Below, piece after piece: positions 19,130-27,853 of a DNA stretch of 64,000 nucleotides. Where the stretch lies: contig MGTX01000001.1 in NCBI GenBank assembly GCA_001799675.1, forward strand, positions 1,602-65,601, read 5' to 3'. The notes beneath the pieces are model-generated. The model was not told where the DNA came from, did not search any database, and saw nothing but the letters and a program-made list of their open reading frames with translations. The DNA comes from Elusimicrobia bacterium GWA2_66_18 (lineage in GTDB: Bacteria; Elusimicrobiota; Elusimicrobia; UBA1565; UBA9628). Numbering within the stretch: position 1 is the stretch's first letter; the number at the start of each line of letters is the position of its first letter. The translations under genes and the position numbers were made by a program.

Positions 19130-20758
19130 ATGCCCGAAACTAAGGCGGGGGGCTTCGCCCCTGTGCGCGTTGCGCGCGCGTCGGCGCTCGTTGAGGCCGT
19201 CGCGCGCGCGTGTTTTTCTTTGGGGGCCCTTCTGGGGGCCCTCTGCTCACCAGTTTCGGCCCAGAGCGGCGGCCAGCCGGGCCAGTTCCTCAGCTATGGC
19301 GTCGGCGGCCGGGCGTTGGCCATGGGCGGCGCTTATTACGGTATCTCGGACGACGCTTCCGCCGCTTACTGGAACCCGGCCGGCCTGGCCCAGGTCCAGC
19401 GCAAGGAACTGACCACGATGCAGGCCACCCTCTTCCAGCAGACCAAGCTCACCTACTTAAGCTACGCCCACCCCACCAAGGGCGGATCCACCTTCGCCTT
19501 AAGCATGACCCAACTGGCCAACACCGGATTCGAGAAGGTGGACGTGATCTACAACCCGAACACGAACGAGCCCAAGACGGTCACCGCGAACGGATCCTTC
19601 AACGACGCTCAGCAGGCCATGTCCCTATCTTGGGCCAAGGGCGTGACCGAGACCATGCTCTTCGGCATGAGCGTCAAGCAGGTGACGCGCAAGCTGGCTG
19701 GTTCCTCGGACAACTTCAAGTCCCTGGACCTGGGCACGATGAAGACGATGGGGGCCTCCTATCGCCTCGGCCTCGGCATTCAGAACGTGTTCGCCATGCG
19801 CACCGGCGACACCGACGACAAGCTCCCCGTGACGATCAAGCTGGGCAATTCCCTGCGCCTCTTCAAGGAGCGTCTGACTCTCTCCGCCGATATCAATAAG
19901 GTCCTCAACGGCGATGTGGACATGCGCTTCGGCGGCGAGTACTGGATCGCGCGCTGGTTTGCCTTCCGTTTCGGATTGCTCGGCCTGCCCCGGATACAGG
20001 AGACCGACTTCGGCTTCGGGCTGAACTTCAAGAGCTTCAGCCTAGACATCGCGCAGGGCATACATGACCTCGGATCCAGCACGCGATTCTCCCTGTCCAT
20101 CCGCTTCGGCCAGTCGCGCACCGACCGCTCGACCGGCCAGGTCAAGAACTTCATCAAGCAGGGCATGGAGGCGTTCCAGGAAGGCAATTTCGCGCTTGCG
20201 GCGCAGAAGTTCAACCAGGCCCAGGATGCGGCTCCAGGAAATAAGCAGGTCGCGACCATGATCGCGCGCCTAAACAACGTGACGGGCTTTCTTCCCCAGG
20301 CGACCGGCGGCGAGGAGTCCCAGACCTTCGTGCGCAAAGGCGCGATCGCCTACGTGGACGGCCGCGACCTCAAGGTCGCGGTCAACTCCCTGCGTTACGC
20401 CTTCAATAAGAATCCTCGCGACGAGAAGCTCCTGGGCCTGCTGAATATGATCGAGAAGGAGGCCGGCGTGGCCGACGTCACGCGCCGTCTCGAGGGACCG
20501 GAGCAGTTCACCTGGATCGACCAGAAGGTCTTCGACGCTCGCCAGGCGGTCTACGACGGCCACTACGATTCCGCCGTGCGTCGCTCCCAGGACGTCCTGG
20601 ACCTTGAACCCAACAACGTGACCGCTCTTGAGATCATGGGCTCGGCCTTCTTCCTAATGGAGCAGAAGGACAAGGCCATGGCGGTCTGGCGGCGCGTGCT
20701 GGAGCTGGACCCCAGCAATCGCGCGGTGCGCGAGTTCATGCAGTCGGTCAGCCCGTGA
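19130..20758 (+). CDS. PorV/PorQ-family (FadL-like) outer-membrane barrel protein with C-terminal TPRs; start uncertain
   Basis: GVGGRALAMGGAYYGISDDASAAYWNPAGL signature, beta-strand pattern, then several TPRs. Confidence 0.82.
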   Translation: MPETKAGGFAPVRVARASALVEAVARACFSLGALLGALCSPVSAQSGGQPGQFLSYGVGGRALAMGGAYYGISDDASAAYWNPAGLAQVQRKELTTMQATLFQQTKLTYLSYAHPTKGGSTFALSMTQLANTGFEKVDVIYNPNTNEPKTVTANGSFNDAQQAMSLSWAKGVTETMLFGMSVKQVTRKLAGSSDNFKSLDLGTMKTMGASYRLGLGIQNVFAMRTGDTDDKLPVTIKLGNSLRLFKERLTLSADINKVLNGDVDMRFGGEYWIARWFAFRFGLLGLPRIQETDFGFGLNFKSFSLDIAQGIHDLGSSTRFSLSIRFGQSRTDRSTGQVKNFIKQGMEAFQEGNFALAAQKFNQAQDAAPGNKQVATMIARLNNVTGFLPQATGGEESQTFVRKGAIAYVDGRDLKVAVNSLRYAFNKNPRDEKLLGLLNMIEKEAGVADVTRRLEGPEQFTWIDQKVFDARQAVYDGHYDSAVRRSQDVLDLEPNNVTALEIMGSAFFLMEQKDKAMAVWRRVLELDPSNRAVREFMQSVSP

Positions 20759-20825
20759 GCCCTCTCTGTCTAGGAGTCTTTCCTGTCTTGATTTCGTAAC
20801 AGTCTCCCCCTTACACTTAATAGGA

Positions 20826-22835
20826 ATGCGTGCGTTCACCCTCGTGGCACTGTTCGCATGGCCGCCCTTCATCGGGGCGGCGGTCGCCGGCGTCGTCGCT
20901 CCCGACCTGGGACTGCTCCAAGAGCAGACGCGCATCAAGACGGAGTCGGAGTTGAAGATCCAGCGCGACGTTCTCGACCCCATCCTGGGCAAGGGGAGGA
21001 GCGCCTCCTTCGTGGACGTAGAGATGGAGGTGAAGGTCGAGAGCGAGGAGAAGACGAGTTCGGGCATGGGTCTGGCCGAGAAATACAAGGAGAAGGCCCC
21101 GGCGGTGCGCGGCGGCATGCAGACGACTTTCGTGCTCCCCGGCATCCCGAAGCCTAAGACCATCATCCAGGGTCCGCAGACACCGTTACGGCCGGAGCAG
21201 TCGCAGGCCCAGCAGGCCCAGCTGATCAAGGGTGTCCAGGAGGAGCGCTACGCGCTTAAGCCCGTCTTCAAACGCCTGCAGGTGACCGTGATGCACGATG
21301 ACGGCGTGCTCAAGGAGAAGGCGCAGGTGGAGTTGGTGCGCACGCGCATCGTAGAAGCGATGGGCCAGTACAGATTGACCCCGGACCAGGTCGCCTTCCG
21401 GCCGACCAAGTTCGACAAGCCCCCCCTGATGGACTGGAGGGAGGACTTTAAGAAGCCGTCCGTCTATCTGCCCCTTCTTTATGCTCTGCTGTTCCTTCTT
21501 TTCCTGTCCTTTCTATTCGGCCCGCTGGCTCGATTCTTCCGCCAGTATATTGCCGCCCTTAAAGAAGAGAAGCCTCCGTCCGAGGTCTCCGTCGACTCGG
21601 AGAACGAGGGATTAAACGAGGGGCAGGGAGAAGGCGGTGAGGACCATATATCGAAGGGCGCACTCGACATCATGCTGGGGCGAAAGCCGCCGGAACTGCC
21701 GCCGCCGCCCGAGGAGGATGAAGCCATGAAGAAATTCGAGCCGTTCACCTACATCAACGAGGAGAACTTCAAGCGCCTCGGCAACCTTTTCCTCGTGCGT
21801 CAAGACGAGCCGTGGCTGATCTGTGTGGTGCTGAGCTACCTCAAGCCCGAGCTCGCCCGTGCGACTCTGACCTCCTTGCCCATCGAGCTCCAGGCCAAGG
21901 TCGCCATCGAAGCGCTTAAGCTTCGCCAAGTCACCCGAGAGCAACTCATGGCCATCGACGCCGACATCAAGGAGAGCGTGGACTTCGTCGTGGGCGGCAT
22001 GGAGCGCCTCACCCGGATGCTTGACGAGGCCGACAGCCAGACGCGCTCCAATATTCTCGAATATTTCAAAAATGAAAAGCCCGAGGCGTATCAGCGCGTG
22101 CGCCTGTTTATTCTCATCTTCGAGGATATGGTCTCCTTCCCCGACCGAGACATGCAGACCATCGTGCGCGAGCTTAAGACCGAGACGATGGCCAAGGCCC
22201 TCCAGGGCGCTTCCCCCGATGTGGTCAACAAGTTCGTGAGCAATATGTCGGCGGGCGCCGCCTCCCTTCTCAAAGAATCCATCGAGTACGCTCAGGGCCT
22301 GACTGCGGCCCAAGTCGAGGAGGAGCGCACCAAGATCATGGAGGTCGTGAAGGCGCTCGAGAAGGAAGGTAAGGTCAACGTGCGCCAGAACCGTGCCGAG
22401 GCCTTCTCCGGTTTCCATGAGGAGGTCGCCAGCGAGCGAGGGGAACAATACGCACCCCGCACGCGCGCGGCCGAGCAGGCCGTGGCGCAACTGCTTGGCG
22501 GGCCGACCGCCGGGCCGGCCGCTGGGCCGGCCGCCGCGCCGGCCGCCGCGCCGGTCGCCGCGCCGGCGGTCGTCAACACGGCTCAGGCGCAGCAATATCT
22601 ACAGGCCGGCATTCAGTCCCATGACGCGGGACAGTTCCCGGAGGCCGTTCAATATCTCGAGTACGCTATTTCCCAGGACGCGGCTCTGTGGCAGGCCCGG
22701 CAGTATCTGGGGAACTGCTATGTGCAACTGGGGCGCACGACGGAAGCCATCGCCCAGTTCGAGCAGGTCCTCGCGTTCAATCCTGATCCGGGACTGCGGC
22801 AGTGGGTGGACGGCATGAAGACACAGACGGCTTGA
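20826..22835 (+). CDS. FliF-ring-like / TM / FliG middle+C-terminal / TPR fusion protein
   Basis: VLDPILGKGRSASFVDVEM, KRLQVTVMHD, IVEAMG (FliF RBM3-like); TM; DEPWLICVVLSYLKPELA (FliG-M); GG, IFEDM, FVSNMS, VEEERTKIMEVVKALEKEGKV (FliG-C); TPR. Confidence 0.8.
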   Translation: MRAFTLVALFAWPPFIGAAVAGVVAPDLGLLQEQTRIKTESELKIQRDVLDPILGKGRSASFVDVEMEVKVESEEKTSSGMGLAEKYKEKAPAVRGGMQTTFVLPGIPKPKTIIQGPQTPLRPEQSQAQQAQLIKGVQEERYALKPVFKRLQVTVMHDDGVLKEKAQVELVRTRIVEAMGQYRLTPDQVAFRPTKFDKPPLMDWREDFKKPSVYLPLLYALLFLLFLSFLFGPLARFFRQYIAALKEEKPPSEVSVDSENEGLNEGQGEGGEDHISKGALDIMLGRKPPELPPPPEEDEAMKKFEPFTYINEENFKRLGNLFLVRQDEPWLICVVLSYLKPELARATLTSLPIELQAKVAIEALKLRQVTREQLMAIDADIKESVDFVVGGMERLTRMLDEADSQTRSNILEYFKNEKPEAYQRVRLFILIFEDMVSFPDRDMQTIVRELKTETMAKALQGASPDVVNKFVSNMSAGAASLLKESIEYAQGLTAAQVEEERTKIMEVVKALEKEGKVNVRQNRAEAFSGFHEEVASERGEQYAPRTRAAEQAVAQLLGGPTAGPAAGPAAAPAAAPVAAPAVVNTAQAQQYLQAGIQSHDAGQFPEAVQYLEYAISQDAALWQARQYLGNCYVQLGRTTEAIAQFEQVLAFNPDPGLRQWVDGMKTQTA

Positions 22836-22859
22836 CGAGACGACTCAGGAGAGACAACC

Positions 22860-25319
22860 ATGGCGCCTGAAGATCAGATTCCGCCGCCCCTGCCGCCTTC
22901 GGCCGGGCGGCCTCCGGTACCGCCGCCGCTGCCCGGCGCCGTCAAGCTGCCCGTGGCTCCGAAGCTGCCCGGGCGGCCGCCACTGCCCGGGATGGGACAG
23001 ATCGTTCCCCCGCTGCCCGGCGCTCGGGGCGCGCCGCCGCCGGCGCCTCCCTCCGGCTTTGGCGCGCAGGCGCGCGAGGCGGAGAAGGAGTCCGAGTCCA
23101 AGCTTGAGAAGGTCAAGGATGAGTACGAGAAGCGGATGTCCCAGCTGGAGCGGCGCCTTCAGGATGAACGCGAGAAGACGCTTGTCAACCAGATCAAGAG
23201 CCAGGAGGAGCAGGTCACGGCCGCCAAGGTCGAGGTCAGCCTAAAGGAACTTCAGGACCGGCTCCGTCGCGATCGTCGCGATCAGGACCAGGAGGAAGCG
23301 AAGGCCAAGCTCGAGAAGCGCGCCGAGGAGTTGGAGACGCGCCTGGCGCAGGAGCGAGAGACCTGGGTCGTCACCCTCAAGAACCAGCTTGCCGCCCGCG
23401 AGGGGCAGGATAAGGAGGTCGAAGTCCACTTTGCCATGCGCATCCAGGAGATGGAGCGCCGCTGGCTGGAAGAGAAGGCCAATTGGCAGCGGGTCGCCAT
23501 GGCCAAGGACGAGGAGATCCGCACCCTGCGTTCCCTGGCCGAGAAGCTCAAGGGCGCCGACACGGAGCTGTCGAAGATCTCCATGGAAAAGAAGATCCTC
23601 GATGAGAGGGTGACCGAGCTTTCGAAAGATCGAGCCGAGGCCTTGGCGCGCCTGCATAACGCCTCCGAGAGGGAGAATGAGTCCATCCAAATCAAGGCCG
23701 AACTTCTGCTTTCTCGCCAGCAGGCGGCGATGATCCAGGAGAGGCTCGAGCGCGATCTGGCGTCCCTGCGTTCCAGCGCTCGCGAACGCGAGGAGCGTCT
23801 GCTTGCCGACCAGGAGCGCCTCCAGCGCGATCTGGCCACGGTCAAACAGCGCTTCGATGCCGAGAAGGACTCCGAGTTGCGCCGCGTGAAGGTCGAGAAT
23901 GAGGCCGACCTGGCCCGGCACAAGGAGGCAGCGGAGCGCGCCAACGCCGAGCTTCAGCGCCTGCGCGCAGTCTGCGGGGCGCTCGAACAACAGGCCGCGT
24001 CATCCGTCGCCCAAATCAATGAACTTAAGAGTTCATCGGAGGAATTGAATAAGACCCAGGAATACTATAAGGCGGAGTTCGTGGTGCTCCAGCGCAAGTG
24101 GGTGGAGCGCGAGAAGGAGGTTCGTGCCGAGGTCGCGGAGCAGTCCCTTCAAAAGTGCGTCGAGAAGGACGCCGAGTTGCGGCGCGTGAAGATTGAGTAT
24201 GAGGCCGACCTGGCCCGGCACAAGGAGGCAGCGGAGCGCGCCGGCGTCGAGCTTCAGCGCCTGCGCGCAGTCTGCGGGGCGCTCGAACGGCAGGGCGCGT
24301 CCTCCCGCGCCCAACTCGATAAGCTCAAGCGTTCGTCGGCCGAATGGGAGAAGACCCAGGAGCGCTACAAGGCGGAGTTCGTGGTGCTCCAGCGCAAATG
24401 GGTGGAGCGCGAGAAGGAGATCCGCGCCGAGGCCGCGGAGAAGTCCCTGCAGATGCTCGAATCCGAGAAGACCCGGCTCAAGATCATGGCGCAGGCCGAG
24501 ATCAATGCGCGCGCGGCGAAGATCTCCGACCAACTGCGCAAGGAAACCGAATCCGCGAAGAGCCGACTCGAGGGAGATCTGCGCGTGGAGCTCGAAGGCG
24601 AGTTCCAGATCCGGCTCCAGGAACTGAAGGTCGAGAGAGAGGCGGTCCGGACGCAGCTCGAAAATGAAATCTCGCGCCTGCGGCGGGAGTCGGCCCAGAA
24701 GGAGGCGGCTTGGTCCGAAAGACTGCTCGCCAAGGAATCCGAGGTCATCGCCTCCCGGACCTGCGCAGACGAGGCTGCGAGGCGTCTGTCTCTTGAGGAG
24801 GAGTCTCGCCAGGCCGCAGACCGCAGGGCTTTCGAACTCGAAAAGTCGGTCCAGGACGCCCGGGAGCAGGGGACGGTCCTACAGAACTCCCTGCGGGCAT
24901 TGCGGCAGCGACTAGAGGAAGCGGAGGCGGGCACGGGACGTCTCGAGCGCGAGAAGACGGAGTTCGAACGTCTGTTCAGCGCGCAGTCGGCCCAGGCGCA
25001 GTGTGTTCAGGAGTCTCTGGAGCAGGCACGAACCCAGCTGGCGCGCGAGTCGCAAAGCGCCAAGATCGCGCAGAACGCGCTCGACCAAGCGGAGAAATCA
25101 CTTGGCTCCCTACGACAGGAACTGATCCTTAATACGCAGGCGCAGAAAACCGAGTTCGAACGGGCTCTTGCCCAGAAGGATCAAGAGATCTTGCAGCTGA
25201 TCGCGCAGGCGCGGGAGCTCCAACTCGGGCGCGAGCGGCTCGCGGCGGAGGCCGCGGGCAAGGCGCGAGAACAGGCGCAATCGAGCGCCTCGGACCTGCC
25301 GGAGCAGGGGGGCTCATGA
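22860..25319 (+). CDS. Long coiled-coil protein with Pro-rich N-terminus
   Basis: About 750 aa of E/K/R/Q/L heptads; no TM; internal 100-aa duplication. Confidence 0.85.
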   Translation: MAPEDQIPPPLPPSAGRPPVPPPLPGAVKLPVAPKLPGRPPLPGMGQIVPPLPGARGAPPPAPPSGFGAQAREAEKESESKLEKVKDEYEKRMSQLERRLQDEREKTLVNQIKSQEEQVTAAKVEVSLKELQDRLRRDRRDQDQEEAKAKLEKRAEELETRLAQERETWVVTLKNQLAAREGQDKEVEVHFAMRIQEMERRWLEEKANWQRVAMAKDEEIRTLRSLAEKLKGADTELSKISMEKKILDERVTELSKDRAEALARLHNASERENESIQIKAELLLSRQQAAMIQERLERDLASLRSSAREREERLLADQERLQRDLATVKQRFDAEKDSELRRVKVENEADLARHKEAAERANAELQRLRAVCGALEQQAASSVAQINELKSSSEELNKTQEYYKAEFVVLQRKWVEREKEVRAEVAEQSLQKCVEKDAELRRVKIEYEADLARHKEAAERAGVELQRLRAVCGALERQGASSRAQLDKLKRSSAEWEKTQERYKAEFVVLQRKWVEREKEIRAEAAEKSLQMLESEKTRLKIMAQAEINARAAKISDQLRKETESAKSRLEGDLRVELEGEFQIRLQELKVEREAVRTQLENEISRLRRESAQKEAAWSERLLAKESEVIASRTCADEAARRLSLEEESRQAADRRAFELEKSVQDAREQGTVLQNSLRALRQRLEEAEAGTGRLEREKTEFERLFSAQSAQAQCVQESLEQARTQLARESQSAKIAQNALDQAEKSLGSLRQELILNTQAQKTEFERALAQKDQEILQLIAQARELQLGRERLAAEAAGKAREQAQSSASDLPEQGGS
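23861..24450 (+). repeat. In-frame tandem duplication, 300-nt period
   Basis: CGAGAAGGAC.CCGAGTTGCG starts at 23861 and 24161; long identical blocks (GAGGCCGACCTGGCCCGGCACAAGGAGGCAGCGGAGCGCG; AAGGCGGAGTTCGTGGTGCTCCAGCGCAA). Confidence 0.9.
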
Positions 25320-25540
25320 TTACGCTTCATAAGCTGAACGGCGCGGAGATCGTGGTCAACGCGGAGCTCATCGAGACCCTTGAGCCAGGGCCTCAGACCG
25401 TGGTGCATCTTGCGACCGGCAACAAGGTCCTCGTGGCGGAGAAAGCTGACGAGGTCGTGTCGAAAGTGGTGGAATACAGGAAAGCCGTCAACGCGTTGGG
25501 CAAGGCCGTCAACCCGATCGCGGGCTACGAGCGCGGTTAG
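25316..25540 (+). CDS. flbD: Flagellar FlbD/SwrD-family protein
   Basis: MITLHKLNGAEIVVNAELIETLEPGPQTVVHLATGNK; canonical position before motA. Confidence 0.88.
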   Translation: MITLHKLNGAEIVVNAELIETLEPGPQTVVHLATGNKVLVAEKADEVVSKVVEYRKAVNALGKAVNPIAGYERG

Positions 25541-25560
25541 GCGCAGGAGAAGAACCCCTC

Positions 25561-26370
25561 ATGGACATCGCAACCATCGCCGGCATCTTCGTTTTTCTGG
25601 GGCTGACCGTCGCGTCGATCTACATAGGAGAAGGAGTGGCCGGCTTCAAGCCATTCCTGAACCTGGAGGCCCTGCTCATGGTCATGGGCGGGACCTTGTG
25701 CGCGACTCTGGTCAACTACCCGCTCTCCCAGGTCATCGGCGTGGGCAAGATCATCAAGAAGACCCTCCTGTCCCACGGCGAGGACAACTCGGACATCGTC
25801 GTGACCTTTGTCAACCTTGCGCAGAAGGCCAAGAAGGAGGGCTTTCTGTCCCTGCAGAGCGACATCAAGAACATCAAGAACGACTTCCTGCGCCGCGGCG
25901 TCCAGTTGGTCGTGGACGGCGCCGACCACGAATTCATCCGCAACATGCTCGAGACCGAGATTGGCTTCATCCGCGAGCGCCACAAGGGCGGCCAGGAGAT
26001 ACTCAACGCGATGGGCACCTATTCGCCCGCCTTCGGCATCATCGGCACCGTGCTGGGCATGATCTTGATGCTCTCCTCGATCGATGACGTCGCCGCGGTG
26101 CCGCGCCGCATGGCCCTGGCCCTGGCCGCCGCCTTCTACGGTCTAGGCTCGGGCTACCTCCTGTTCCTGCCGATGGGAGGCAAGCTGCGCCGCCGTTCGG
26201 AGGAGGAACTTCTGATCAAGGAGATCGTCATTCGCGGCGTCCTGCTCCTACAGAGCGGCGCCACGCCTTCGGTCGTGGAGGCGAACCTCAAGGCTTACCT
26301 GGCGCCTTCGGATCGGATCATCTTCAAGGGGGCGATTGCCCCGCCCCCCGCTGGAGGCGGGACCGCCTAA
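25561..26370 (+). CDS. motA: Stator A subunit MotA/PomA-like
   Basis: MDIATIAG, GGT, AKKEGFLSL, FLRRGVQLVVDG, SPAFGIIGTVLG, FYG, G.TP. Confidence 0.92.
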   Translation: MDIATIAGIFVFLGLTVASIYIGEGVAGFKPFLNLEALLMVMGGTLCATLVNYPLSQVIGVGKIIKKTLLSHGEDNSDIVVTFVNLAQKAKKEGFLSLQSDIKNIKNDFLRRGVQLVVDGADHEFIRNMLETEIGFIRERHKGGQEILNAMGTYSPAFGIIGTVLGMILMLSSIDDVAAVPRRMALALAAAFYGLGSGYLLFLPMGGKLRRRSEEELLIKEIVIRGVLLLQSGATPSVVEANLKAYLAPSDRIIFKGAIAPPPAGGGTA

Positions 26371-26379
26371 GGTCCGCCT

Positions 26380-27123
26380 ATGCCCTTACGCGCTCCGCGG
26401 GGCTTCATCGACGAGTCGGACCCCAAGGTCTGTCAGATCGGCCATCCGGCTCCGCCCTGGCTCGTCAACTACGCCGACCTCATGACGGAGTTGGTCTGCT
26501 TCTTCGTCATCCTCTACGCCCTCTCCGCGGCCCTGAACAAGGACGTTCAAAAAGCCTCGAAGGACGTCAAGGAGATGATGGACAAGGGCGAGCTCAAGGG
26601 CGAGGTTAAGATCGACAAGGACGGCCTGAAGATCAGCATCGAGGAGCAGGGCATGGCCGGCTTTTTCGAGAGCGGCGCGGCGGAGCCGACCAAGGAGATG
26701 GATTCGAAGTTGATCCTGCTGGTTCCCTCCCTGCGCAAGCTGACCGAGGACCACGAACTCCTCGTCGAGGGGCACACGGACAACCAGGGCATCCACAACG
26801 CCTACTTCGACTCCAACTGGGAACTCTCCACCGCGCGCGCCACCAGCGTGGCGCGTCTGCTCATCGAGAAATACGGCATCCCCGGCGGCCACGTCGGCGC
26901 GGTGGGCTATAGCGACACGAGGCCGATCGTCGTCAACGATACGCCGGAAAATCGCACGAGAAACCGCCGCGTGGTCTTCTTCATCAAGAGCGCCTCCATC
27001 GGCAAGAAGGCAGCCGCGACCAAAGGGGGCGAGGGCAAGCCCGGTGCGGCCGCCGCGCCGCCCGCCCCGGCGGCCGGGGTCCCAGTCGAGCCGGCGCCTC
27101 AGGCGGCGCCGAAAAGCGGGTGA
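26380..27123 (+). CDS. motB: Stator B subunit MotB (TM + OmpA-like PG-binding domain)
   Basis: WLVNYADLMT, VEGHTD, SNWELSTARA, GYSDTRP, NRRV. Confidence 0.92.
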   Translation: MPLRAPRGFIDESDPKVCQIGHPAPPWLVNYADLMTELVCFFVILYALSAALNKDVQKASKDVKEMMDKGELKGEVKIDKDGLKISIEEQGMAGFFESGAAEPTKEMDSKLILLVPSLRKLTEDHELLVEGHTDNQGIHNAYFDSNWELSTARATSVARLLIEKYGIPGGHVGAVGYSDTRPIVVNDTPENRTRNRRVVFFIKSASIGKKAAATKGGEGKPGAAAAPPAPAAGVPVEPAPQAAPKSG

Positions 27124-27142
27124 TCAAATGATAGAATACATC

Positions 27143-27853
27143 GTGAGCCGCCGCCTCATCTTTATCGTGATCCTGACAGCGTTTGCGGTCGCCTGCGGGC
27201 CTTCGAACAAGAACGTCGTGGTCGAGGACTTCGCCGAAGGCCGCGTGGTGGACTTGGCCATCACCGAGAAACTCACGGGCAACACGGAGTTCCTCCTTTT
27301 CTCGATGCCCAAGAAGACGCAGTTCCTGGACGGCTATGTCCAGGGCGTGATCACGGACTACAAGGACAACCCCATCCAGGGCGTGGTCGTGCGCGCGGTC
27401 GCCAGCGGCGAGAGTTCGGAGGAGGAGGGGGAGGCTCGTCCTTCCGGGTTTGCGACCAGTTCTTTCGACCCGGGCGTATCCGACACTAACGGCTTCTACC
27501 GCATCCGCTTCAGCCTGCCCATCTTGAGCAGGAAGGTGGATGTCCGCGGGCGCATGCTCTATAACCCGGGCTGGGAGCAGGAACGCGACAACCTGGGCAA
27601 GGCCTACGAGCCCCAGACCAAGCAGAGCCAGTTTCGCCTCTACTACGACCGCAAGAACGGTCGCATCATCTTCTCCGAGGGCGTGCGCAAGACCGTCGTG
27701 GCCGCCGTGACCGCCAAAGGCGTTCCGAAGTCCGTGCCCCTGCCCGGGGTCAAGCCCCCCGAAGAGGCCAAGCCCGCCGTGGACGCCGAGAAGGAGAAGA
27801 CCTCGGGCAAGGGAGACGACGACCTTTTCAAGGGGTTCGGCTTCGGCCAATGA
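27143..27853 (+). CDS. Lipoprotein with carboxypeptidase-regulatory-like (beta-sandwich) domain
   Basis: Lipobox AVA-C; VQGVITDYKDNPIQGVVV...SDTNGFYRI; GTG start inferred (ATG 27128 is an alternative). Confidence 0.7.
   Translation: MSRRLIFIVILTAFAVACGPSNKNVVVEDFAEGRVVDLAITEKLTGNTEFLLFSMPKKTQFLDGYVQGVITDYKDNPIQGVVVRAVASGESSEEEGEARPSGFATSSFDPGVSDTNGFYRIRFSLPILSRKVDVRGRMLYNPGWEQERDNLGKAYEPQTKQSQFRLYYDRKNGRIIFSEGVRKTVVAAVTAKGVPKSVPLPGVKPPEEAKPAVDAEKEKTSGKGDDDLFKGFGFGQ

Noticed and set aside
23861..24450. Direct repeats as a possible CRISPR array or DGR template/variable repeat
   Set aside because: Two in-frame 300-nt coding units; no spacers, cas genes or reverse transcriptase; differences are not restricted to adenines
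25561..27123. MotA/MotB pair as Zorya ZorAB or ExbBD/TolQR
   Set aside because: MotA has no long ZorA tail, has flagellar-type motifs, is preceded by flbD and is near a FliG-like gene; MotB has the W..YAD TM and an OmpA domain, unlike ExbD
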